A stretch of 64,000 nucleotides of DNA from assembly GCA_947259975.1 (NCBI GenBank), contig CAMYOD010000018.1:103629-167628 (forward strand), in the 5' to 3' direction. A program made the position numbers and the translations under genes. The DNA comes from an uncultured Gammaproteobacteria bacterium (GTDB lineage Bacteria > Pseudomonadota > Gammaproteobacteria > HyVt-429). Below the pieces are notes generated by a model. The model saw only the letters and a program-made list of their open reading frames with translations, did no database searches and was not told the origin of the DNA. Below, one piece after another: positions 1-7,546 of this stretch; the first letter of the stretch is position 1, and the number at the start of each line of letters is the position of its first letter.

Positions 1-18
1 GTAATCGCTGCCTTCAAC

Positions 19-636
19 GTGGGTTTGTTTCTGTTCTTCATTCTCAGTTTCATCGTGCCTAAGGGGCATGCCGAGTGGCGTAACATGGGGGTGGTGATCG
101 CTTTTCTGGTGGCGTTGTTCACCGAGATGTACGGATTCCCGCTGACGATCTATTTGCTCACTGCCTGGCTGGGTGACGCCTATCCGGTGCTCCAACCCTT
201 CAGTCATAAGTTCGGCCACCTTTGGGTGGTGGTGCTTGGCGGATCGACCCTGGCCTGGGCCCTGATCATGGGCGCCAGCCTGCTGCTGATGTTGGCCGGT
301 TTTGTTCTGATGTCCAAGGGTTGGCGACAGGTGCATGCCGCCGGCGGTGCCATGGTGCGGGATGGGGTATATGGCTATGTGCGCCACCCGCAGTATACCG
401 GCCTGTTTCTCTTGATCCTGGGGTTCCTGGTGCAATGGCCGACATTGCTGACAGTTATCATGGCGCCCATTTTGATTTCTGCCTATGTGCGCCTGGCACG
501 TCGCGAAGAGCAATATATGCGTTCGATGTTCGGCGCCGACTATGGCGAGTACGCGCGTGACACGCCCGCGTTCTTGCCGCCGATACGTGACTGGATATCG
601 TTCTTATGGACACCGGTACCGCAAGCGCAGGACTGA
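19..636 (+). CDS. Isoprenylcysteine carboxyl methyltransferase (ICMT/phospholipid methyltransferase) family membrane protein, CzcN/NccN-like
   Basis: Multi-TM protein with the family motif GVYGYVRHPQYTGLFLLILG and a C-terminal RREEQ.M...FG..Y..Y. The frame is open to nt 1, so the true 5' end may lie outside the window. Confidence 0.7.
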   Translation: MGLFLFFILSFIVPKGHAEWRNMGVVIAFLVALFTEMYGFPLTIYLLTAWLGDAYPVLQPFSHKFGHLWVVVLGGSTLAWALIMGASLLLMLAGFVLMSKGWRQVHAAGGAMVRDGVYGYVRHPQYTGLFLLILGFLVQWPTLLTVIMAPILISAYVRLARREEQYMRSMFGADYGEYARDTPAFLPPIRDWISFLWTPVPQAQD

Positions 637-657
637 CGACTTTCTGTTCACTTCCGG

Positions 658-690
658 CTTGACCTTCGAGTAACTCCAAGGTTTTACAAT
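658..690 (+). promoter_or_regulatory. MerR-type (CueR/CadR-like) promoter-operator P1: CTTGACC-N20-TACAAT with a spacer-centred dyad
   Basis: The -35 TTGACC is at 659-664 and the -10 TACAAT at 685-690, giving a 20-nt spacer. The dyad ACCTTCGAGT-A-ACTCCAAGGT at 662-682 matches in 9/10 arm positions. It is 27/33 nt identical to the element at 1422-1454. Confidence 0.6.
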
Positions 691-864
691 CATCCCAGGT
701 CGTGAGTTTGCGATATTCGTCGACCCGGGGTCGGCGGTGACGACTTTTCTACGTGGGTCTCCTGTCACCATAGTCGCACGAATTCTCCGGTGATGTGTTT
801 TGGCTGCGAGACCCTTCTTTGTCAATCCGGGACCAAAGTCCCGGAAAACTTGCAGGAGTAGGAT

Positions 865-1233
865 ATGAAACTGTCGAAACTACAAACCACAATTTTTTCT
901 GTCATGCTGGCATCGGCGCTGGTATTCACGATGCCTGTTGGTGCGCAGATGGGCGGCGGCATGATGGGTGATACCAAAAGCGATGCCGGCATGAATCAGA
1001 TGTCCGGCATGATGCACGACATGGCGGATCATATGATGTCCATGTCCGGCGATATGTCCAAAGGCAACATGACGACTGATCAGCAGAAAATGATGTCTGA
1101 GCGTATGGGCAAGTTCGCGACGATGATGGACCACATGTCAAACATCATGGGTAAGGGGATGATGATGGATGACAGCCAGCAAAAACAGATGGGCGAGATG
1201 CGCATGCAAATGGATAACATGATGGGTAACTAA
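865..1233 (+). CDS. Secreted methionine-rich protein, putative periplasmic Cu(I)/Ag(I) binder (PcoE/SilE-like in composition only)
   Basis: It has a signal peptide (MKLSKLQTTIFSVMLASALVFTMPVGA). The mature part has about 29 Met in about 94 residues as MM, MxM and HxxM clusters. The SD AGGAG lies 6 nt upstream. Confidence 0.8.
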   Translation: MKLSKLQTTIFSVMLASALVFTMPVGAQMGGGMMGDTKSDAGMNQMSGMMHDMADHMMSMSGDMSKGNMTTDQQKMMSERMGKFATMMDHMSNIMGKGMMMDDSQQKQMGEMRMQMDNMMGN

Positions 1234-1421
1234 CCGGTGCATGGGGATGGCGCCTGGTTGCAACGATGTGGTGTCATCCCGAGTCCGTCCAGGGGCGCCG
1301 GTAAAAGATCTTCCCCGGCTACGTTCATGGCCCTGTCATATGCCGAGTGACAATCGTCTCCCGCGCCGTCATCGCCGCAACCGGGCTACGCGAGCCCACT
1401 ACTGCGGCCATCGACGGCGGG

Positions 1422-1454
1422 CTTGACCTTTCAGTAACTCACAGGTTCTAGAAT
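1422..1454 (+). promoter_or_regulatory. MerR-type promoter-operator P2: CTTGACC-N20-TAGAAT with a spacer-centred dyad
   Basis: The -35 is at 1423-1428 and the -10 at 1449-1454, giving a 20-nt spacer. The dyad ACCTTTCAGT-A-ACTCACAGGT at 1426-1446 matches in 8/10 arm positions. It is a near copy of P1. Confidence 0.6.
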
Positions 1455-1534
1455 AATTTTCAGTACGAATTCCGGTCACGGCAAATCGGGTTCAATGTCA
1501 TTTGATCACAGCCGCATACCGCGGCAGGGGAGCG

Positions 1535-1828
1535 ATGATGGAAGGTCTTTTATCGTTACTGCTGTTTGCCGGGGTCTTTTACTTGATGATGCGCTTCGGC
1601 TGTGGCGCACATATGTCTCACGGTGGGCACGGCCATGGCGGCGGCTCACGAACGCCGGCGCATACCGATCCGGTGTGTGGCAGGGAGGTTGCCCTGCATG
1701 AGGGTTACGGAAAGATGTTTCAGGGGCAGTTGTACCACTTCTGTTCGCGCAACTGCCTGGACCAATTCGAGGATAACCCGGGGCAGTATGTTCAACTCAG
1801 ACCGGAGCATGAAGGAGGTGCGAAATGA
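1535..1828 (+). CDS. YHS (TRASH-type) domain metal-binding protein with an N-terminal TM helix and a His/Gly-rich tract
   Basis: It carries DPVCGREV....GYGKMFQGQLYHFCSRNCLDQFEDNP (YHS signature) and [10 protein letters not shown] chose the ATG at 1535 (SD GGGGAG just upstream) over the TTG at 1502. Confidence 0.8.
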   Translation: MMEGLLSLLLFAGVFYLMMRFGCGAHMSHGGHGHGGGSRTPAHTDPVCGREVALHEGYGKMFQGQLYHFCSRNCLDQFEDNPGQYVQLRPEHEGGAK

Positions 1829-2088
1829 GAGCTGGAATTCTGTTTTCCGCGGTCGGTCACGCCAGTAGCCTTTTTCTCGCCATCAGTTTTACGCTATGTG
1901 TGCTGTTCGACTTGATGTTTCCGGAGCACGCCATGTTCGAAGCCTGGCAGAAGTTGTTGCCGGGTTTCGAGTGGATCAGCTGGAAGAGCTATTTCATCGG
2001 GTTGGCCTGGAGCTATGGATACGGCTGGTATTTCGCGCTGATCTGGGTGCCGATATATAACTTTGTCGTGACCAGGGCCCGCGCGTAG
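1825..2088 (+). CDS. Small 2-3 TM membrane protein, of the DUF5676-type seen beside YHS genes
   Basis: Its start overlaps the YHS stop (ATGA). It is an 87-aa hydrophobic protein containing WSYGYGWYFALIWVPIYN. Confidence 0.65.
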   Translation: MRAGILFSAVGHASSLFLAISFTLCVLFDLMFPEHAMFEAWQKLLPGFEWISWKSYFIGLAWSYGYGWYFALIWVPIYNFVVTRARA

Positions 2089-2115
2089 CACGTTGACCGT
2101 CGATTGCTGGCTGCC

Positions 2116-3240
2116 ATGGATGCGTTAACGACGACACGAGTGGTGCAGGTCGCGGGTGCCGGGCCGGCGGGTCTTGCGGCCGCGATCGTGCTGGCCCGTG
2201 CGGGGCGGAAGGTCATCGTGCATGAGGCGAAGGCGACCGTGGGGGCCCGCTTCCAGCGTGACCTGCAAGGCCTGGAAAATTGGACCGGCGAGCAGGATGT
2301 GTTGGTGGAGCTTCAACAGGCCGGCATCACCACCGATTTCAGGTACCGGGCCTGCGGTGCGGGCACGGTATTCGACGCGTGGGGGAATGCATACCCCATG
2401 CGAAGTGAGGCACCGCTTTTTTACATGGTAGAACGCGGGCCGGAGCCCGGTTCGCTGGATGCCGCTTTATTGCGGCAGGCGCAGGACTGTGATGTTGAAG
2501 TCCGATTCAACAGTCGTGTCGACAAACTCGCGAGACCGGCGTTGCTGGCCACCGGTCCCAAGGCCGCGGATGCGATCGCGGCGGGCTACCACTTCGACAC
2601 CGACATACCCGACGGATACTGGGCGATCTGCGACGACCGGCTCGCCCCCGGCGGCTATGCCTATCTCCTGATCATGGACGGGCGTGGGACGGTAAAAACC
2701 TGCATGTTTCACGGCTTCAATGAGGAAAAGCGGTACGTCGCGAGGACCGTCGAGGCGTTTCGAGGACTTGTGGGACTGCAAATGAAAGATCCCCGGCCCC
2801 ATGGTGGCGTCGGCAATTTTCACATGCCGCGTTTTGCCGGGGCGGATGAACGCCTGAGCGTGGGGGAGCATGCGGGCTTTCAGGATACCTTGTGGGGCTT
2901 CGGCATGCGCATGGCCATGTTGTCGGGCGTGATGGCCGCGCGCAGTCTATTGCAGGGCGTCAGCTATCAGCACCTGTGGCAACATCGCTTTCGCGACGTA
3001 CTCGAAGTCTCAATCGTGAACCGGGCCTGTTACGCGCTTTTGGGAAACAGGGGCTATCGTTGGTTTCTGCGCCGTCAATCGAACACGGACGCGCGCGAAT
3101 TTTTGCACCGTCAATACAGCAAATCCTTGCTCAAGCGCCTCTTGTTGCCGTGGGCGAGGATGAGTTACCGCAGCCATCGGTACGACAGCAGTTGCCATGA
3201 CCCGGATTGCCAGTGCGTGTGGTGCCGATGTGCGGCATGA
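2116..3240 (+). CDS. FAD-dependent oxidoreductase (geranylgeranyl-reductase/FixC-like fold) with a Cys-rich C-terminal tail
   Basis: It has the N-terminal dinucleotide fold VVQVAGAGPAGLAAAIVLARAGRKVIVHE. The C-terminus is SSCHDPDCQCVWCRCAA. Confidence 0.8.
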   Translation: MDALTTTRVVQVAGAGPAGLAAAIVLARAGRKVIVHEAKATVGARFQRDLQGLENWTGEQDVLVELQQAGITTDFRYRACGAGTVFDAWGNAYPMRSEAPLFYMVERGPEPGSLDAALLRQAQDCDVEVRFNSRVDKLARPALLATGPKAADAIAAGYHFDTDIPDGYWAICDDRLAPGGYAYLLIMDGRGTVKTCMFHGFNEEKRYVARTVEAFRGLVGLQMKDPRPHGGVGNFHMPRFAGADERLSVGEHAGFQDTLWGFGMRMAMLSGVMAARSLLQGVSYQHLWQHRFRDVLEVSIVNRACYALLGNRGYRWFLRRQSNTDAREFLHRQYSKSLLKRLLLPWARMSYRSHRYDSSCHDPDCQCVWCRCAA

Positions 3241-3312
3241 AGGCACGCCACACCGTCGGCCACACGACCAAAGCGAAGTCGTGGCCCGTTGTGCCGTGGA
3301 ACCGGAGATGTC

Positions 3313-3939
3313 ATGGATAATGCAGTGTCCTTGGTGCAGGCATACCTGCAGGTCAACGGATACTTTACCGTAACGGAGTACCCGATACTCGAGGTGACCC
3401 GGCACGGAATCTCGACCGCCACGGATCTCGATGTGCTGGCATTCCGATTCCCCGGCGCCGGCCGTTTGGTGCCGGGGCGGGGTGTTCAGGGCGTGCGTTG
3501 GAAGACAGAGGTCGACCCTGCGCTCGGTTGCCCGCTTGACCAGGTAGACATGGTAGTGGGCGAGGTGAAGGAAGGAAAAGCGGTGGTGAACCCGGCGGCA
3601 CGCGACCGCCGGGTGTTACAGGCCGCGTTAGTGCGCTTCGGCTGCTGTGGACCGGGACATGTAAGCAAGGCGGTGGATGATCTGCAACAGCAGGGGTGGA
3701 GCGATATGCCCAACGGACACCGGATTCGTGTTCTCGCGTTCGGTTCCCAGCTAATTCCGGAAAGCCAACGCCACTACCACGCCATCGCCCTCGGGCAGGT
3801 AGTCAGCTATCTTCAGTCCTATCTCGACGAACACTGGGACACGCTGCGGCACGCCGAATTTAAACACCCCGCTTTCGGTTTTCTCATGGCGCTTGAAAAG
3901 GCGCGCCGCGGGGCGATCACCGCCGGACTGGATAAATAA
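3313..3939 (+). CDS. Hypothetical protein with a PD-(D/E)xK nuclease-like motif
   Basis: TDLDVLAFRF ... VDMVVGEVKEGK matches the D...(D/E)xK core spacing. A GGAG SD lies 5 nt upstream of the ATG at 3313. Confidence 0.55.
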   Translation: MDNAVSLVQAYLQVNGYFTVTEYPILEVTRHGISTATDLDVLAFRFPGAGRLVPGRGVQGVRWKTEVDPALGCPLDQVDMVVGEVKEGKAVVNPAARDRRVLQAALVRFGCCGPGHVSKAVDDLQQQGWSDMPNGHRIRVLAFGSQLIPESQRHYHAIALGQVVSYLQSYLDEHWDTLRHAEFKHPAFGFLMALEKARRGAITAGLDK

Positions 3940-4040
3940 GGTAAACGGCGGATGCGTGAACAACGCAGGCGACACCCGTCCGTTAGCAGGCACGATGTGA
4001 CATAAAAATCGTCAGATTTAACCAATAGGGGATCGTTCTT

Positions 4041-4742
4041 ATGATAAAGAAATCCAGGTACACGTGGGTTGCGTTGATTCTGGCGGCGGTGATAGTGCTC
4101 GCCGTGTCGATATATTTTTTAAAACCTGGATGGTGGCATCATGGGTTGATGGGTGCCGCACATATGACGGGGATGGAGGATGAAATACACCGCATTACGC
4201 GGGCTGGTAATACTGAGGATAACCGGGCGAGGGTTCGCCGAATGATGGGGGAACTGGTCCCCGCCGGTATCACGCCGGATCGGCTGCCGGAGCGAAATTC
4301 GCCGGGCGCGCGCGGAATGGAGCGCTATTGCGCGCAGTGCCACAATCTACCCGGCCCCGGCATGTATACGGCGCCGGAGTGGCCTGCGGTATTGGCGCGG
4401 ATGCAGGCGCGAATGGGCATGCATATGCAAATGATGGGCGGGATCGTGGTTCCCGCCGGGCAGGAGTGGCGACAGATCTCCAATTACCTGCAAAAACACG
4501 CAATCAAAAAACTCGATCCCGCACGATTCAGCGACATCGAAACACCCGCCGGTCAGGCGTTTAGCAACACATGCGCGCAATGTCACGTGTTACCTGACCC
4601 GGCGCAACACTCCGCCGCGGAATGGCCGACCGTTGTGATCCGCATGCGGGAAAATATGCGGCGTATGGGCAGACCGGTCTATACAGACGACACGCAGGAA
4701 ATCGTGACCGGGTTTCTGCAACAACATGCCGAAGATCGATAA
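4041..4742 (+). CDS. Membrane-anchored diheme c-type cytochrome (internally duplicated)
   Basis: It has two CxxCH sites in a repeated context: YCAQCHNLPGPGMYTAPEWPAVLARMQARM and TCAQCHVLPDPAQHSAAEWPTVVIRMRENM. There is an N-terminal TM anchor. Confidence 0.85.
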   Translation: MIKKSRYTWVALILAAVIVLAVSIYFLKPGWWHHGLMGAAHMTGMEDEIHRITRAGNTEDNRARVRRMMGELVPAGITPDRLPERNSPGARGMERYCAQCHNLPGPGMYTAPEWPAVLARMQARMGMHMQMMGGIVVPAGQEWRQISNYLQKHAIKKLDPARFSDIETPAGQAFSNTCAQCHVLPDPAQHSAAEWPTVVIRMRENMRRMGRPVYTDDTQEIVTGFLQQHAEDR

Positions 4743-4868
4743 ACCCTGCCGGGCTCCGCACTGGTAAAGTTCGAACTCGTTGTTATCGATCGTGGACTGG
4801 TCGGGCCGTGGTCATAGCGATTGACCTCTCTGTCGCGGAAACGCAGACCGGTAACGAATGCCGTTGTG

Positions 4869-6038
4869 ATGCGGAGGAGGAGTTTATCTGTTAGGCGAGT
4901 TGCTATCTGTCATTTAATAGTAGTTGCTGGTGCTGGCGCGAGCTGGGTTTCGGTCCGCGCGCGAATGCCCTTGGTGTTGGTGCATGTAGCGATAGGAATT
5001 ATTGCCGGCCCGCAGCTATTTGGCTGGTTAACCCTCAATCCGGCAATAGAATTGCTGGGCATCATCGCTGTTGTTCTGTTGCTCGGCACCACCGGGTTGA
5101 AAATGACCATGGAGGAATTATGGTCCGCCGGTTGGAACGGGCTGTGGGTCGCTATACTGGGCATACTCGTCAGTTTTGGCGCGGGCCATTTTATCAGCGC
5201 CCTTTGGGGTTCACCCCATCCGGAGGCGATGTACGTCGGCATCGCTTTAACCGCCACCAGCATAGGTATCAGTGTCCAGATCCTGTCTCAATATGGGTTG
5301 ATCCAGCGCAAGATCGGTCAGATAGTGATCGCGGCCGCCTTGATTGACGATGTCATCGCGCTTTACCTTTTGGCGGCGACACATGAAGCCTTGATCGGGA
5401 TATTGACGCCCCTACGGGTTCTATCCTCACTGGCGGGTGCGTTGTTGTTGCTCATAGCAATATTTGTAATCAGCCGTTTTGTCGCGCGCCTGCTGAAGCG
5501 CAGTAGGCTCCATGAAAATCGCTTCGGAATATTACTTACGTTCGCGATCACAATGACCATTTCCGCGATGCTGGCGCACAGTCTTGGTTTCTCCGCGGTG
5601 GCCGGTGCATTCTCGTCGGGGATCGGTTTTGGTGGCGGTCTCGGAGCGAAACGTCAGTCGGTGTCTGTGTTGTTGGAGTTCCCCGCTCTTCTGCTTTTAC
5701 CATTATTCTTTATTCCGATCGGGATGCGTGCGGATTGGCAGTCTGTAAATGGGCCGGGCGCGTTAGTTTTGTTGATTGGATTGGTTTCGGTGGCTGTTGT
5801 GGGTAAAGCGGTCGGTGGCTATATTGGTGCGCGCGGCCTCGATAAAAGCAGCCGAACGCTCGTTGGTTTGAGCATGATGCCACGTGGGGAAGTCGCCCTG
5901 ATCATCATAACAACCGGCTTGCTACAGGGCCATGTTACGAATCAGGTGTTCGTCGTTGTGATGCTGGCGATTACTGTGGTGACCTTGCTGGGCGCCTTCG
6001 CCGTGATGGCCGTGGCCAGGAAAGCGGTGCCTGATTGA
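4869..6038 (+). CDS. Cation:proton antiporter (CPA1/CPA2, Kef/NapA-like)
   Basis: It has roughly 11-12 TM helices, plus HVAIGIIAGPQLFGW and AALIDDVIALYLLA, which are typical of Na+/H+ exchanger family proteins. The start is uncertain (4821-4966). Confidence 0.8.
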   Translation: MRRRSLSVRRVAICHLIVVAGAGASWVSVRARMPLVLVHVAIGIIAGPQLFGWLTLNPAIELLGIIAVVLLLGTTGLKMTMEELWSAGWNGLWVAILGILVSFGAGHFISALWGSPHPEAMYVGIALTATSIGISVQILSQYGLIQRKIGQIVIAAALIDDVIALYLLAATHEALIGILTPLRVLSSLAGALLLLIAIFVISRFVARLLKRSRLHENRFGILLTFAITMTISAMLAHSLGFSAVAGAFSSGIGFGGGLGAKRQSVSVLLEFPALLLLPLFFIPIGMRADWQSVNGPGALVLLIGLVSVAVVGKAVGGYIGARGLDKSSRTLVGLSMMPRGEVALIIITTGLLQGHVTNQVFVVVMLAITVVTLLGAFAVMAVARKAVPD

Positions 6039-6074
6039 GCTGCGGCGGTGCTGAAGTAATTTGGATGTAAGACC

Positions 6075-6482
6075 GTGAAATTATCCAAACTGAAAATTAT
6101 TGAGTTCGTCCCCTTGGTGGCCGTGTCGATATTTGTGACGGGCTGCGATCTCGCGGATAAGAAGGTCCTGGAGATGATGCAGCTGCCGGGCGCCGATTTT
6201 GATGCGAACCTTGTCTACGGCCGGAGCTTGTTCGACACCAACTGCGCGACATGTCACGGTCCTGGCGGCGGGGGCACGGCCAAAGGACCGCCGCTCGTGG
6301 AAAGAATCTACCGGCCGGGACATCATGGTGATGTGAGCTTCTATGTGGCTGTGGAACGCGGCGTGCGCCAGCACCATTGGCGCTTCGGCGATATGCCGGC
6401 GATTGACGGCCTGACAACGGATGATGTCGGGCATATCGTCGCCTATGTTCGCGACGAACAGGGACGCGCAAATATCCGTTAA
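6075..6482 (+). CDS. Class I c-type cytochrome, lipoprotein-like
   Basis: It has the lipobox-like VTGC, the heme site CATCHGPGGGG, and a distal Met in GDMPAIDG. Confidence 0.85.
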   Translation: MKLSKLKIIEFVPLVAVSIFVTGCDLADKKVLEMMQLPGADFDANLVYGRSLFDTNCATCHGPGGGGTAKGPPLVERIYRPGHHGDVSFYVAVERGVRQHHWRFGDMPAIDGLTTDDVGHIVAYVRDEQGRANIR

Positions 6483-6514
6483 ATGATCTGGCACTTCGCT
6501 TCGAGCAAAAGCCC

Positions 6515-7072
6515 ATGACTTTCCAGCATTCACTATATGCGAATCGCCGGCGCGCCTACCGGTCAGGGTGCATGTGGTTGGCGGTCCTGTCTGCATTCTT
6601 CGTCGATACAGCAGTTGCCGAGTGGAATTACATGTCACAGACACAGATTGACTGACAGATCTACGAAGAGGCCACATTCACCAGCGCGAGATCACAAGGC
6701 CGTCCACTGTTCGTTTTCGTGTATGCCGACTGGTACAATTGGTGCGAGAAGCTGGAACGGGAAGCCCTCGAGACGCCGCTCATTCCACAGTGGCTGGCTG
6801 AGCGCTACGTGCCGGTGGCGGTTGATATCGACGAGCAGCCGAATCTCGCACGACAGCTTGGTACCAAGCTCGTCCCCACCGTCCTGTTGCTCACACCCGC
6901 CGGTGAGAAACTCCTGAAATTTTATGGTTTTCTGGCCGCCGCAAGCATGGCGGATAATCTTCAGCAGACTTTGACGGCATGGAGAAAGGGCGAACTTCCT
7001 GACCTGGAACCCAGGGAGTTTGGCGACCAGGAAACGTGCTGCCCGTTGACGGCGCCGCATGAGGCACCCTAG
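6515..7072 (+). pseudogene. Secreted thioredoxin-fold (DUF255/Thioredoxin_7-like) protein interrupted by an in-frame TGA at 6653-6655
   Basis: The signal peptide ORF MTFQHSLYANRRRAYRSGCMWLAVLSAFFVDTAVA-EWNYMSQTQID stops at a TGA. The same frame then continues QIYEEATFTSARSQGRPLFVFVYADWYNWCEKLE... to 7072. Confidence 0.55.
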
Positions 7073-7210
7073 AAGACTGCCCCATAACATGTGCATTTTA
7101 CTGGTTCCGCGAATCCGGATACGGTGGGCGCCCCGACGTATCCATACACAGCCGACGTAATCGAATCAGCTTATTGAACTGACTATGGTAGACGAAGAGG
7201 TAATGCGCTA

Positions 7211-7417
7211 ATGGAGACCTGTTTCTATGTGCAAGGCATGAAGTGCGACGGCTGTATCGCCAAGGCCCGCGAGGCCTTGGCGGACGTGCCAGGCGTTCAG
7301 TCCGCGGACTTCGATCTCGAGGCCGGCACCGCGGTGGTTACCGGTGATGTGGACCCACAATCGGTGGCGCAGGCCCTGGCCGGGGTCGGTTATCCGGCGG
7401 TAGTTAAAAGCGATTGA
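7211..7417 (+). CDS. copZ: Copper chaperone, heavy-metal-associated (HMA) domain
   Basis: It is a 68-aa ferredoxin-like HMA protein with the GMKCDGC (MxCxxC) motif. Confidence 0.85.
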   Translation: METCFYVQGMKCDGCIAKAREALADVPGVQSADFDLEAGTAVVTGDVDPQSVAQALAGVGYPAVVKSD

Positions 7418-7546
7418 GACAGGAACGAGTTTCGAGGAACGAGGGGCAGGAAAGTTGTAGTCGCGACGTGCAGATCATAAGCGTTTTCAGAATCTGAAAC
7501 ATTGCTCCTGCTTTTCCTGATAACTGGAACCTCGCCCCTCGCCACT

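Noticed and set aside
6653-6655. Reading the in-frame TGA of the thioredoxin-like gene as selenocysteine
   Set aside because: The codon is far from the redox motif, which is itself degenerate. I see no convincing SECIS-like stem-loop right after it (only a 5-bp GATCT/AGATC pairing with a 25-nt loop), and no sel genes in the window. A TGG-to-TGA nonsense change or a sequencing error is more parsimonious.
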